DNA of 64,000 nt from the human T2T-CHM13v2.0 reference genome, Homo sapiens (GCF_009914755.1 NC_060929.1); one strand, 5' to 3'. Positions 1 to 15,282 are shown, counted from the first letter of the stretch. Notes: generated from the sequence alone by a model not told the origin. Numbers and translations are program-made.

Positions 1-78
1 ATTCCTGACCTCAAATGATCCACTTGCCTCAACCTCCCACAGTGCTGGGATTACAGGTGTGAGCCACCGCACCCAGCT
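1..78 (-). mobile_element. Alu, partial (window edge)
   Basis: CCTCCCACAGTGCTGGGATTACAGGTGTGAGCCACC is the reverse complement of the Alu left-arm start. Confidence 0.9.
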
Positions 79-79
79 G

Positions 80-950
80 TCAATTTTATTTTTGGATTGT
101 TCATTGCTAATGTATAGACATGAAATTGATTTTTGTATAATTTATCTTGTATTCTGCAACCTTGCTGAACTTATTTATTAGTCTTTTAGTGTATTCCTTG
201 GGATTTTCTGTATCTCATTTCATCTGCAAATAGAGATAATTTTACTTCTTCCTTTTCAATTGGAATGCCTTTTATTTTTATTTTTTCACTTTCCTTCACT
301 GGCTAAAACTTCCAATCTTATGTTGAATAGAAGAGATGAGAGCAGACGTTCTTGCTTTGTTCCCAGTTAGGGGAAAGGTGTTTAGTATTTCACCATACAG
401 TATGTTCTTTGCTGTGGGTTTTTTGTAGATGGCCTTTGTCGGACTGAGGAAATTTTCTTCTATTCCAAGTTTGTTAAGTTTTTTTTAAGTCGTGAATGGA
501 TTTGGAAATTTTGTCAAATGCTTTTTCTGTGTCTATTGAGTTGATGTAGTTTTTGTCATTTATTCTCTATTCATATGGTGTATTTTGTTGAATGATTTTC
601 ATATGTTAAACTCACCTTTTATTCTTAGGTAAATTTCACTTGGTCGTGATGTAAATCATTTTTATATGTTGCTGGATTTGCTTTACTGATATGTTGCTGA
701 GGATTTTTGCACCTACATTTATAAGCCCTTTTATTTTTTAGATACTTTATTTTGGTCTGTCTGTCCATTTAACTTTGTTCACTGTATCTTTAGCTGTACA
801 AATGTTTCCAGTTTTTAGGTAAGCAAAGTGGTTAGCATTTTTCCCTATGTCTTCAAAGTATTTTTTCTTGTGGAGAAGGAACTTTCCTTCTGCCAAACCA
901 TGAAACTATTTGCCCATATTTTTATTTAATATGATCATTGCTTTTCTTTT
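80..950 (-). mobile_element. Old L1 (L1M-type) ORF2 fragment
   Basis: T-rich antisense L1 motifs, e.g. CAACCTTGCTGAACTTATTTATTAG, TTTGTCAAATGCTTTTTCTGTGTCTATTGAG. Confidence 0.75.
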
Positions 951-1593
951 ATGTTTAGAGAGTTAATTGACAATTTACCTTTATCTAAGCTATATGGTGG
1001 AGATCCAATTACCTGCATTTCTGAATTCATTCAATAACTCGCCAATTTATTAAAATTCATTCAGTAAAATAATGAAACACCTGCTGAGTGCTCAGTATCT
1101 TTTTAAGTACTGTAAATACAACACTGTATTTAAAAAAATTAGACAAGGTCCTCGTTTTCCTATAGCTTACACAGAGGAGACATTCAACAAAAAATTAAAC
1201 AAACAACGTAATTTTAGAGAGCTAGAAGTGTTATGAAGAAAATAAAATAGGATGATATTATGGCGAATAAGAAAAGTTTTGTTGGATATGATAACCAGTG
1301 AAAGCCCCTCTAAAGTGGCACATTGAGGTTGAGTCCATGATAATGAGGATTCAGCCATATGAAGAGCCAAGAAAAGAGTGTTCTAGGCAGAGGGGTGAGC
1401 ATAAGCAAAGGCTCTGAGCTGGAGCAAGGTTGGTATATTCAAGCAACAGAATAAAGCCACTATGGGAGGAGTGAAGTTAGTTAGCAGGAGAATATTACCA
1501 GATGAGGTCAGAGAGTTGGGTAGGGCCAGTTCATGCAGGGACTTCCAGCCCATGCTAAAGAGGACAGAGGAAGTTATTAAGCAGGAGAGCATC

Positions 1594-2035
1594 TGTCTTA
1601 GTCTGTTCGTGTTGCTATAAAGGAATACTTGAGGCTGGGTAATTTATAAAGAAGAGAGGTTTATTTGGCTCACAGTTCTACAGGCTACACAAGAAGCATG
1701 GCACAGGCATCTGCATCTGGTATAGGCCTGAAACTCCTTCCACTCATGGTGGAAGGCAAAGGGGAGCTGGCTTGGGTAGATATCATAAGACAAGAGAGGA
1801 GGCAGGAGAGAGAGGGAAGGTGCCAGGCTCTTTTTAACAACCAGCTTTCAGAGGAACTTCTGTGGGAATGAATACAGCAAGAACTCACTTAGCCCCACTC
1901 CCTGGGGAGGGCACTAATCTATTCATGAAGGATCCACCCCCATGACCCAAACACCTCCCATTAAGCCTCTCCTCTAACATTAGAGATCACATTTCAACAT
2001 GAGGTTTGAAAGGCTAAATATCCAAACTATAGTAG
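1594..2035. mobile_element. MaLR solo LTR (MST-like)
   Basis: TGTCTTAGTCTGTTCGTGTTGCTATAAAGGAATACTTGAGGCTGGGTAATTTATAAAG ... ATATCCAAACTATAG. Confidence 0.8.
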
Positions 2036-2229
2036 TATCCAATCCAAGTTACACTTTTAAAGAATCCCTTTGACTACTGTCTGAAGAATGAATAGTAGTG
2101 CAACAATAGAGAAAGTGGAGAGATCAGTTAGAAAGGAAGATGGTGAGTTGAACTATGGAGGTACATATGAATATGGAGAGAATTGGACAGATTTGAGATA
2201 TATATTGGAAACAAAAATAATATCTGACA

Positions 2230-2455
2230 TTTATTGAACACATAATATGTATCAACTATTGTTCCCATCTCTTAACAACACACTAATTCTCCCTGTTACC
2301 CTATGAATTAGAAAATAGCATTGCCTTTGTTTTACAGATGAGACAACTTGATCAAATGTAAGTAACTTGCCTGAGGTTACAGAGTTGGTAAATGGTAGAG
2401 CCAGTATCTGAACCCAGATAGTTTGATTCGAGGGCTCATGTTCTTAACCACTCAC
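2230..2455. mobile_element. MIR
   Basis: MIR core TTTACAGATGAG...AAGTAACTTGCCTGAGGTTACAGAG...TGAACCCAG. Confidence 0.7.
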
Positions 2456-2959
2456 TTATTCTCTTTTCCATGGGCATACTGGTAGAGTGAATGTTGGAGG
2501 TTGAAGGAAATAGAGAAATTACTAAGAGATGACTTAGGTTTTTGGATAGAGGACCTTGGTAGACAGTTATTTACTAAGATAGAAAATTTTAAAGAGGCTA
2601 CTAATCTCAGATGAGTGTATGGGTTTGGTGGTGAGGGGTGGTAGTGGAAGAAGAATTACTTGCTATATTCTAGAAATGTTAAATTTTAGATATCCCAAAT
2701 GGAATGTCAAGTAGGCAGTTGAATGTATGAAGCTAGACTTTAGGAGTTAGATAAGGACTGGAGAGAGAAATTTAAGACCCACTAGTAAAGTTGGTATTAA
2801 AGCCAGAGTCCTAGATGAAGTCGATGTAGAAAAGAATAAGGCCCATGTTCAAGTTCTGGTGCACTTAGTTGGAGAAAGAGAAGCAAATAAATGAGGCAGA
2901 AAAAGAGCAGCCAGCAAGGTCAGGTTGCAGCTAGCAGAGTGTGCAGCTTGTGAATCATG

Positions 2960-3470
2960 AGGCAATGATTCCAAAACACAAATTATTGAACAACGATTCT
3001 TTTCCCCACCAATCTGAAATACCACCATTATCATATTTTCGCCATATTTATTCAGGTTTGTCTTCAGACACTTCCACTCTACTTGTCTAATCTCAGCAAA
3101 TACAAGGTTCTGTACCAATCATTGCTTTACATTAGGTTGTACTTTTCAGTTTCTGGCTGTTCTTACATATTTTTTTTTATAGATCTGAACCAACTTGTCA
3201 TATCAGAAATAATCCCATTGTATTGGGATTGAATTTATACAATTATTTGGGGGAATATTAACATCTTCATACCACTCAGTGTTTCTCACTAGGAAAATAT
3301 TATGTTCCTCTTCCATTCAGGTTTTTTTCCTATGGCCTCAGCAAAGATTTATAGTTTTCTTCCTAAAGGTCTACCATGCTTGCTTGTAAGTTTATTCCCA
3401 GATACTTGATGGTTCTGATGGATAACGTATATCAGCTTCTTCTTATTGCACTTTTAATTGATTATTGCTG
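2960..3470 (-). mobile_element. Old L1 fragment
   Basis: ATTTATTGAAC/TTTCCCCAC and TTGGGGGAATATTAACATCTT antisense L1 ORF2 motifs. Confidence 0.55.
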
Positions 3471-4158
3471 GGTTTATCAGAGTTCTTTGTTGTAACCCAC
3501 AGATACTAACTCTGACCAACATAAGCTAGAAGGAAACTGAATGGAAACAAACGGGGGCATTGGTTCAATTAAAAGGAATTGAAGAATCAGACTCAGAATA
3601 TGGACTACTTTTATAATAATAGGAAAAGCCAATCTAATAAATGAAAGTAAAGTACATTAGTTAGGAAATTTAAAATGGGAACACAGTAATATCCTTATTA
3701 TATAAATAACTCCTACAATTGGTAAAATTGAAAAACACTATGATCCCAAAAGATAGGGACAAAGATAAACATTTTACAAAGTAGAAAAAATAATTAACAA
3801 ATATATGCAAACTTATTCAGAATCACTAGTAAGGAAAGAAATGTCACATAATGAGATACTTGTTTTTCATCTGTCAAATTAACAAAGTTTTTCCTTTGTT
3901 TCTTTGTTTGTTTGTAAATGATCCATTCTGTCAAAGGCATAGGAAAATGTTATTCTTATTCACTGCAGGTAAAAAATGAAAATAATATATGAAGTGTCAA
4001 AAGCCTTGGAGGTATTCAGCAATTATACTCAGTAATTGACTTGGTAGTTATATATTTGAGGGCTCTAGTTTTTGAAGGTGATCCCAAATATAGAATAGGT
4101 TTTATGTGCAAATATATTCAGTGCTATTTTATTCATAAAATATATTAAAAAAAATTGG

Positions 4159-4260
4159 GGCCGGGCGTGGTGGCTCGCGCCTGTAATCCCAGCACTTCGG
4201 GAGGCTGAGGTGTGGATCACTTGAGGTCAGGAGTTCAAGACCAGCTTGGCCAACATGGTG
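4159..4260 (+). mobile_element. Alu left-arm fragment, 3'-truncated
   Basis: GGCCGGGCGTGGTGGCTCGCGCCTGTAATCCCAGC ... CAACATGGTG, then abrupt loss of similarity. Confidence 0.9.
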
Positions 4261-4809
4261 GTACTACATGGTACTTCTATAATATAATAAAAATATGAAA
4301 AAAAATTCCAGTGGTGCCTGTGTCCATCCACTTTGAACTTATTGCATTTTAAATTATTATTTCCTAAAAGCAAGGACCTCAGACATGAATTTTCCCATTT
4401 CCCTACCCTCTGCCTCTAAACCCAGTCTCTCTGTGCCATTTTTGGTGTTATTTCCCTTTTCAAGGCTAGCCTGTCTTCTCTGGAATTCTGCTCTGTCAAT
4501 TTCCCCCAGTCTCCGGCATCTTTAATTTCTTCCTCTTCACTGCCTTCTTCCCCTCAAGCAACAATATACACAGTTGTCATCTTTCTTGAAACAATCATTA
4601 TTTGACCCTGTTGCTTTTAATGCTCCTGATCCTTTTTCTCACCTTTTTACCGACCAACTTCCTTTCTTTCATTATCATCGTTTTTTTTTCTTTCTCACCC
4701 TCTACTCAAAACATATCCTTGGAAGGTCACTAGCAACCTTCTAGTTTGTAGATATTAAAATGATGAAGCTAGCAGGTCCTTCTACACCAGGCAAGCCACC
4801 TCTTGGGAC

Positions 4810-5150
4810 AGATTCTGGCACTGCCATTTATTGACTGTATCACTTTAGACTGTCCTTCACAGGTCTCTGTGCTTCAGTTTCCTTACCTGTAAAATGGGGA
4901 TAATATTGGAATTCTATAATGAAGTTATTGCGGGAATAAGTGAGTTAATTGTACAGTGCTTATAGCAGTGCCTGGCATATAGAAACAGTCCATAAAACAT
5001 GATTATTGTCTCCATAACAATTCTTATCACTGCCACAGATGAGAAAAAGCTTCCCCAAAGTAAGGTGCCTTGCCCAACGAGTGGTCACACCAAGACTCAG
5101 GACCTGATTACTCTCTTCCGGGTCAGTCTTCTTTGCACCACATTCCTTTA
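4810..5150. mobile_element. MIR fragments
   Basis: CTCTGTGCTTCAGTTTCCTTACCTGTAAAATGGGGATAATA; CAGTGCCTGGCATATAG. Confidence 0.7.
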
Positions 5151-6141
5151 AATTATTTTCTAGGTTCTCTCTTCCTTGACCCTTCTGTAGCATTTGAGGT
5201 TATTGATTTTTTCCTCCTTGAAATCCTACTTAACTTATGATACTACTTCATATGTCTTTTGATAATAGAGTTTCTCTTCTGCCTCCTTACATTTTTCCCA
5301 AAGTGTGGTCCTAATCCTGTGCTCTTCTGGTTTGCTCTCAGATTTATTACATCTTGGCTTCATTTATTTCCTCCCTGTGATATTTCCCTGCCCTGACCAG
5401 GATTACAGCTTTGTACAGCTCCAGGGGATGCCTTTTACATTCTAGTCTATGTGAATGCCACCCCCTAGAGTTACGCAGTACACAGCCTGTGTGTCTGTCC
5501 ACTCTGACTCTGGTCCTGACCTCCCTCCTGACTTTCTATCCAATGTGTCAGACTTCATGTTAGACAGACATTTGGATGTCCTGTTAATACCCTCTAATTT
5601 GTGTGAAAAGTGATTGCCTCACCTTACCTCTCAGACTAGTGGCTTTTTCATACTTCCATATAGAAAACTCCATTCCCCTAATCCTGAACCCCAGGATGAT
5701 ATCCTCCCTCCTAATGTCTTATCACTCATGCTTGAACAATGTGAGGCAATCAAGGTCTATTTTTTTTAAAAGTTCAAATTCATTATTATTATTTTATTTC
5801 AATAGCTTTTGGAGTACAAGTGGTTTTTGGTTACATGGATGAATTCTATAGTTGTGAATTCTGAGATTTTAGTGCACCCATCACCTGAGTAGTGTACACT
5901 GTACCCAATATGTAGTCTTTTATCCCTCACTCCCCCTCCCAACCTCCACCTCCTAAAGTTCATTATATCACTCTGTATGTCTTTGCGTCCTTGTAGCTTA
6001 GCTCCCACTTATAAGTGAGAACATACAGTATTTCATTTTTCATTCCTGAGTTACTTCACTTAGAATAGCAGCCTCCAGCTCCATTCAAATTGCTGCAAAA
6101 GACATTATTTTGTTCCTTTTTATGACTGAGTAGTATTCCAT

Positions 6142-6142
6142 G

Positions 6143-6173
<31 letters not shown>

Positions 6174-6188
6174 CACATATATATACAC

Positions 6189-6228
<40 letters not shown>
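6142..6228. repeat. Compound (TG)n/(TA)n microsatellite within L1
   Basis: Directly visible alternating purine-pyrimidine tract. Confidence 0.9.
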
Positions 6229-7256
6229 CACATTTTATTTACCTACTTAGCCAATGGGCACTTAGGTTGGTTTTTATCTTTGCAATTGCAAATTTTTCTG
6301 CTATAAACACATGTGTGCATGTATCTTTTCATATAATGACTTCTTTTCTTTTGGGTAGATACCCAGTAGTGGGATTGCTGGATTGAATAGTAGGTCTACT
6401 TTTAGTTCTTTTAAGGAATCTCCATACTGCATATTGTTTTCCATAGAGGTTGTACTCATTTATATTCCCACCAGCAGTGTAACAGTTTCCCTTTTCACCA
6501 CATCCATACCAACAGCTATTGTTTTTTGACTTTTTAATTATAGCCATTCTTGCAAGAGTAAAGTGGTATCTCATCGTGCTTTTGATTTGCAACATCCTGA
6601 TTAGTGATGTTGAACATTTTTTCACATGTTTGTTGGCTGTTTGTATATCTTCTTTTGAGAAATGTCTGTACATATCTTTTGGTCAATTTTGATGGGATTA
6701 TTTGTCTTTTTCTTGCTGATTTGTTTGAGTTGCTTGTAGATTACGGATACTAGTTATTTGTCAGATGCATAGTTTGTGTATATTTTCTCCCACTCTGTGC
6801 ATTGTCTGTTTACTCTGCTGATTATTTCTTTTGCTGTGTGGCTTTTTAAATTAAATCCCATTTACTTATTTTTGTTTTTGTTGCATTTGCTTTGGGGTCT
6901 TAGCCATGAATTATCTGCCTAGGCCAATGTCCAAAAGACTTTTCCAATGTTATCTTCTAGAATTTTTATTGTTTCAGGTCTTAGATTTAAGTCTTTAATC
7001 CATCTTAAGTTGATTTTTTATAAGGTGAGAAATGGGGATCCAGTTTCATTCTTCTACATGTGACTTGCCAGTTTTCCCAGCACCATTTATTAAATAGGGT
7101 GTCCTTTCCCCAATTTACGTTTTTGTATGCTTTGTCAAAGATCAATTGGCAATGAGTATTTGGCTTTATTTCTATTGGATCTCTATTCCGTTCCATTGCT
7201 CTAAGTGCCTATTTTTATACCAGTACCATGCTGTTTTGGTAACTATAGCCTTGTAA

Positions 7257-7986
<730 letters not shown>

Positions 7987-9368
7987 TGAATTTTAGGATT
8001 GTTTTCTCTAGTTCTGTGAAAAATGATGGTGGTATTTTGATGGGAATTGTATTGAATCTATAGATTGCTTTTGGCAGTGTGGTCATTTTCACAATATTGA
8101 TTCTTCCCATCCCTGAGTATGGGATGTGTTTCCATTTGTTTGTGTCATCTGTGATTTCTTTCAGCAGTGTTATGTAGTTTTCCTTCTGGATATCTTTCAC
8201 TTCCATGGTTACGTATATTCCTAGGTACTTAATTTTTTTCTGCAGCTGTTGTACAAGGGATTGAGTTCTTTATTTGATTCTAAGTGTGGTCATTGTTGGT
8301 ATATAGCAGTGTTACCGATTTGTGTACATTGATTTTTGTAAACTGAGACTTCACTGAATTAGTTTATTAGATCTAGGAGCTTTTTGGATGAGTCTTTAGG
8401 GTTTTCTATGTATACGATCATATCATCAGCAAACAGCAATAGTTTGACATCCTCTTTTCCAGTTTCATTCTGTTTTTGAAGCCAGTACAAACCTAGAGAG
8501 AATGCTAGTTAAAGTCACCTGAGCTGCGGCTGGGGTCCGGGAACAGATGCTTGACTGGGTGAGACAAGCATCATAGTCAAGGGGACAAGGCGAACTGTAG
8601 TGACAGAGAAAGTCAGAGGTCAGAACCAGAGCCGCAGCGTCAGGGTCAAATCCAAGGCGTGAAGAAGAGGTATATGAAGATAGTGAGGCAAGGGATTGGT
8701 ACAGGAACAGATGAGAAAATGGTAAAACTTACTGAAATCTCAGGCTGTGACAGAGTTGGGGTCTAATCATGAAAGATGCTGCTTATGTGGCATGAGGACT
8801 CATCCCTGGGTCTTCCTTTAAAATGTGCCTTACATTTGTCCCTACCCATTCCCACTGCCATTACCTTAATTCATTGCCTGGTGCATTTGCTTCCTTTCAT
8901 GTCTCCTTGTCTCTAATTACATCCCTCCCCACCTCCATTAGATTAATTTTCTGAATTCCCTGCTTTGAGCATCCAGTTGTTACATCCTGGAGCAAAGAAA
9001 CCCAAAAGAAATGGGGTCTGCGATATGGACTGGGGTAGTGTGTTTTTCCACTTTAGGGTTTGTTCGGGTGGCAGCAGCCTGGGCAGGCAGTGGGGCCCCC
9101 CGTGGGTGTTTAAATAAAAAGGACTGCCAAGGCATCACAGATGGGGGTCTTAAAGGGGAAACTAAGTAAGGAACCAGAGGCTTTATTCAAGGAGAAGACA
9201 GAAGACCCAATATCTCTAATGAGAACAGTGTGTAAGCAAAAGTGGAAGGGAGAGGGAGGGAGGAGATTCAGACACTGGGGTGATGAGGGATTCCAGGAGC
9301 ATTCCTCTGTCTCAGCTGGCTTGTGTGGACACTGTCAGGCACGCATGACCTTCAGCATGAATGGCACC

Positions 9369-9528
9369 TGTGATGGGGAATTTTATGTATAAACTTAACT
9401 GGGCTAAGGGATGCCCAGACAGCTGGTAAAACATTATTTCTGGATGTGTCTAGAGGGTGTTTCCAGAAGAGGTTAGCATTTGAATCATACTATTTGTTTT
9501 GTTCTTCTACAAAACCCTGAGTAATACA
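9369..9528. mobile_element. MLT2 (ERVL) solo LTR, internally deleted
   Basis: TGTGATGG...CTGGGCTAAGGGATGCCCAGACAGCTGGTAAAACATTATTTCTGG start joined to the AACCCTGAGTAATACA end; flanks GCACC/TCACC. Confidence 0.75.
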
Positions 9529-10189
9529 TCACCTAAATCGATACTGCGCTGTAAACCAAGGCTTAGAAACACCTGGCTTTGGGGCTTTTCACACTGGGCT
9601 CTAAGTCACTTTTTTTCAAAAGCAGAATGTACCAATATCAATACCCGCATGCCACAGGATGAATGCTCATGGAGGTCAGGTGTGAATCTCATAAGTAATC
9701 ATGAGGCATATGGAAGAAGCAGTGTCATGACTGTACAGATGATGCTTTGCCATGCACTGTTTTTTCATTAGGTCCCTACAGTGCAGTTTCCTGCCTTGGA
9801 CAGTTCCTGGTCAAACTGGGGACTTGGATGGATGCCAGGCAGCTGAGGGTACGTCTAGATAAGATGGAAGGTGATGGTACTCAAGGGAAAACAGCTGGCT
9901 AATGTTATTTAATTCATCTTGGCTCCCCTACCTGCATAAAAATACATAATTTTCCACTTTCATAAAACTTCAATATCTGAGTTTTTAATATCTGGGATTG
10001 CTTTTGAAGTCTCAAATGATTGTTCAACAAGCTAAGAAAGCAATGTCATGATGTATAGGAATATATATGGACAACTGTGTGTATTTCAGGCCACCAAACC
10101 TTAAAAAAGACAACCTGGGTAAAAAACAACAACAACAACAAAACAAACAAACGACAACAAAACAAAACAAAAACTGATTCTTGCAAGGA

Positions 10190-10545
10190 CATCTAAGGTG
10201 ACTAAAAGGCATGGCAGTTTTCGTTATGAGAACCGACTGAAAAGATTAGAGCTCTTCATCCTGAAAGGGACTCAGACTGCAGCCTATGAATCAAGAAGCA
10301 ATGTGAAGGCTGGGGTAAGCACTCTTTGTCCAACAGACCCCTTGGTGAGGCTGCTGAAAGTGCCATTTGATGCTCGACAAAGCTCCTTTCAGAACACGGA
10401 AAGGTAGATGACAATTTACCCATTAGGTAATAAACAAGAACTGTTTTATTTCATGGATTGTGCAGACTGAAAATATAAATATGCTTGATAAGAGTTTGCA
10501 AACACTGATCAATGGTCCATAATGGGCACATTAGGGGAGTTTGGA
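10190..10545 (+). mobile_element. CR1/L3-like ancient LINE relic
   Basis: TATGAGAACCGACTGAAAAGATTAGAGCTCTTCATCCTG translates YENRLKRLELFIL, typical of the CR1 ORF2 C-terminus. Confidence 0.55.
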
Positions 10546-12226
10546 AAATACTCCTGGTGTAGACTCTTGAGATCATGGAGATGGATTAATCTGACATTCT
10601 GGGTTGGGCAGATCAAACAGGTGACCTAGTGTGGCATTTCCTACATAATGTTGAGGCATCTCTTTGTATCTCTGGCATGGAAGTTGTAACCTCACTTCTT
10701 ACCCTCTACATCTGCATTTTTATTCCGACACTTTTATTCTAAAATGAAAAGTCATTTAGGAATTGGGGTGCTGCTTTTTTTAATAGTAAAGTGGTTTAAA
10801 ATATATATACTTCTTTATGCCTTTATGCTTGGTTGAGGGAAGATGAAGCCATCTTCCAAGTAATTGAAAAATTATGTTTAAATAGAATATAAGAATTGCC
10901 CGGTGAAAGTTTATTAAATATGCAGAGTCCAAGATCTGCCTCCATATCCTGAGATCCAGAACTCTATATTTTTGAGACAGCTCCCAAAGCATGCTAACAC
11001 AGTTAATCCCAAGACCATGGTTTAAGAATCACTGAAAACAGAGGATTTCCTTCAGCATTGTTGCTAGCCCATACAGTGCCTTAGTGCAAATCAGAAAAAG
11101 GCACCCTTTCCTCAAGAAACTTGATTTCCGTCTGCCAGAAATTAACTACACAAATCCACGGAGGTGAACAGCCCTCCAGAGCTGGGCAGTGCACAGCCTG
11201 CACGCATGTATGCACCCTTGTTTTCTTTCAAGCTTTCTGTTGAAAGCTTAAGCGTCCTTTGTGCACAAGAAGCACCAGAGAGCAAGTGCATCTGTCCCTG
11301 GCAGGAGGCCCTGGCAAGAGGCTTCTTATTCCCTTTTCACCCTTGTTATCATAATTGACTTGTGGCCAAAGCATGGACATGAGCAGAGACACCTAGACAA
11401 AGAAATGGATAGGGGAACTGAGAGGAAGCTGTAGTTTTTTTAATTTAAAAGGTAATATGTCCATTAATAATAACTTATACTAATAATTTAAAAATAAAAT
11501 AGTACCAAGATTGTAAGCATAGTGTTTACTTTTTAAATAATACCAATAATAAACCCCAAGTGTTACTTGAAAAATAAGTTGCCACTTTGACTTGACATTT
11601 TGGGATATTGTCCTTTTCTTGTTTTCCATCTACAAAATGGCAGCTTTCAGGGCAATTTAAAATACTTTATACTGTAAGTTCTATACACACAGTGGCAGTT
11701 TACATTTCTGGATGTGACTCTCTTTTCTTACCATGCAAGTTCCATTATGATTCTCTCATCTACTTTCCGTCTGTCCTGCCTTATTTCCTTCTCTTTCCCT
11801 GTGCTTTTCTCCTTTCTCACTAGTGACACACGTGATAAGCCATGTGGCAGTTTCAAAAACTGTCACTCAGTTTCATCTACTTTTCTCCATCCCTTCGGTT
11901 GTCACCTCAGCCATCTGCCATAATCCTATGCTTGGATTACTGTGTTCGGCTCTTCTTGGTGTCTCTGCCTCTAGTTGTTTCTTCTAGGCTATTCTGGACA
12001 TCACAGAAAAAATTGTGTCCTAAAATAATGTTTTCAGAGTGTTCTTTTCTTGTTCAAAAGTTAATTGACCCAACCTATTGGCCCCGCCTTACCTGTCCAG
12101 CTTTTCTTTTACTGCCTCCTATTCTGTTGATTTTAGCAACATTCACCAAGTAAGTGATTTTATTTCTAGCTCAGTTCCTTTGCTCAAGTGGCTCTCCTTC
12201 TGAAAACAGCTCAGGGCAAAGATGTT

Positions 12227-12274
12227 TATATATATATATATAAACATATATATATATAAACATATAAACATATA

Positions 12275-12309
<35 letters not shown>
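12227..12309. repeat. (TA)n-rich microsatellite
   Basis: Directly visible. Confidence 0.9.
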
Positions 12310-12313
<4 letters not shown>

Positions 12314-12319
12314 CATTCA

Positions 12320-12480
12320 ATGGTGGCTGCCTAACTTGGCTTTGCATCAGAATTGCTGGGAGAAATTTTTTAAAACACACTACTGTTCACCTGCCCTAGG
12401 GATTCTAATGGGGTAGATCTGGGTGGGGCCAAGTCTCAGGAACTATTTATTAACTCCCCAGGTGATTCTGCTGAGCAGTT
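12320..12480. mobile_element. MER5-like hAT-Charlie element (similar copies near 10880-11030, 13320-13500, 22580-22775)
   Basis: GCATCAGAAT...GATCTGGGTGGGGCC...CTCCCCAGGTGATTCTG. Confidence 0.65.
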
Positions 12481-14008
12481 TCAGCCAGTGCTGGACTTGC
12501 AGCAAGTGTTTGGTAATTTCTCAGGAAATGAATGAATGTCACTCCCTCCCCGAAAATCTGCCAATGGCTCCCCATAGTTCCTAGGACATATATCAAACCC
12601 CTTGGCTTAGCACAAAACACCGGTCATGATCTGACCCTCGCCTATCTTTCTTGCTCTGTCTTATGCTTCTTCCCCACATTCAGCCTTTGCTGCATTCATT
12701 CTGGAGGTTCACTCCCCTGAATTCCCACAGCGTCCAAGTTTTTCTTATGGCATATCACTTCTCTTTTGCATCAGTCATCTGTGCCCAGGCCTTTTATCTC
12801 TTGCTAGGCTGTGAGCCTCGTGAGGACAGAGCTCTCTTTGATGCATCCGTCTCTCCCATGGTGCTAGCACACACACGCACACACACCACACACACACACA
12901 CACACCACATATATATATTTGTTGCCTAAATGGATGCATTTCACTAATGTTGTCACTAATATATACTTGTTGGATGAATGAACACATTTCCCTTTCCTTT
13001 TATTGTCGATTTTCATTTTAGATCAAACCTTATTGTAGAATGCAAACGTTCTTTGCAGTTTTAAAAAAATGCCCCTTTTGATGGAATGTTGACATGCTTT
13101 TTAGCACATACTTTGTGTGTGAAACAGTAAATGAAGTAAACACATATACATTTTTCATTAAAATTGCCATTGTTGAATATATAACTGAGAGTGAAAAAAT
13201 GGGAGCCTATATACATTTCATGGTATAATTATACCCATGGTAAGCATCCTGACAACATTAGGTATGTTTCCATTTGAATTCAGAATAAATTGTTCTTCAA
13301 ATTTGCTTGAAACCTAGAATAGTGTTTCTCAAATTGTGATCTACATCAGGATCCCTTGGAGTGTATTTTAAAAACAAAAAATCTGGCCCCACCCCAGATG
13401 CCTCCCCAGTCAAAACCCCTGAAGGTGGGAATCCAGAATTTGTATTTTTAACAAGTTCCATACATGAGTATTAGTGCCAGGAAAGTTTGATACCCACCTG
13501 TCTAGAATTAGAGTAAATGCTTCACTGCATTAATTTAGTATAGATAATAGTCCAGATTTTAGAGTATTATCTTATTAATGAGAAATACTTATGTGAAGTT
13601 GTATTAAATTAAGGGCTAGCTTGAGTCTAAGATAAAGTAACAAGATAAAAAATCTTTTTGGTTTTCATTAGAATGACATCTACAGCTAAGTTTTTTATGC
13701 TTCTCTTGAAATATGAGGTACTTCCTTAGTAAGAAAAATTTTGGAAAGGTCCCATGAAACACACATCTCAGCAGTCTTTTCACAGCAGTTTAAGATTTTC
13801 AAAATATATCTGCTCAGGGATGGAAAATTTAAAATTCTTGAGACTTCAACTGTGTTTCTGACTTATTTAGTAGGTTTGTGTCACTGTTAAGGCATGAGGA
13901 CACATTCTCCATTATGTGTTGTCACACCAGTAACAAAGGAAGGTGGTTAAAAACCCACGAAAGTGGTTTTGTAAACTCTCTATGGAATCCCCTTTAAGAG
14001 TTATATTA

Positions 14009-14329
<321 letters not shown>

Positions 14330-14742
14330 TTATATTTGCCTTCCCTGGGCTGCCATAACAAAATACCACAAGCTGGATGACTTAAACAACAGAGATTTAC
14401 TTTCTCATGGTTCTGGGGGCTAGAGGTCCACAATCAAGGTGTTGGCAAAATAAGTTTCTGGTGAGGGCTCTCTTCCTGGTTTGCAGATGGCTACATTCTT
14501 GCTGCATCCTCACATGGCCTTTCCTTTGTGCTTGCATGGAGCGAGAGAGATGTTTTGTGTTGCTGCTGCTTCTTATAAGGGCACCAATCTTATCAGATTA
14601 GGACCCCATCCTTGTGACCTCATTTAACCTTAATTACCTCCTTAAAGGCTCTATCTCCAAATACAGCCACAGGGAGAGTTAGGGATTCAACGTAGAAATC
14701 TGGAGTTGGGGATGAGGGAAGCACATAATTCAGTTCATAACA
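14330..14742. mobile_element. MLT1 (MaLR) solo LTR
   Basis: GGGCTGCCATAACAAAATACCACAAGCTGGATGACTTAAACAACAG ... CACATAATTCAGTTCATAACA. Confidence 0.85.
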
Positions 14743-15072
14743 AGGGTGTTTACAATGCCATTGACCTTATTTTTCAGTCTTCCAACTCTAGGGGCTCACA
14801 GACTTATTCTTTCCATTTTCAGGGATTTTTCTCTTTCAAACTGGGCCAAACGATATCAGTTCTTAGTGGCCATAGGATCTTCCTGGGAACATCTCTATAG
14901 TTTATCTAGTTTAGTATGCTAGCTCATGGAGGTGAAGCCATGAAAAGGTCTGTTAGAGGACTGTGTAACTGTTTGTAAGTGGCCTCATTTTGTAGGCTTC
15001 ATTATAGTGAGCCTTATTTGGAATTTCAGTGCAATGATAGAAATTTGGTTTTATTTATGGTGGGTGTTACTA

Positions 15073-15282
<210 letters not shown>

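Larger units (their letters stand above)
1040..2900 (+). mobile_element. L2 fragments, interrupted by an MST LTR and a MIR
   Basis: L2-like purine-rich text, e.g. GAGGTCAGAGAGTTGGGTAGGGCCAG, GAAATGTTAAATTTTAGATATCCCAAATGGAATGTCAAGTAGGCAGTTG. Confidence 0.65.
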
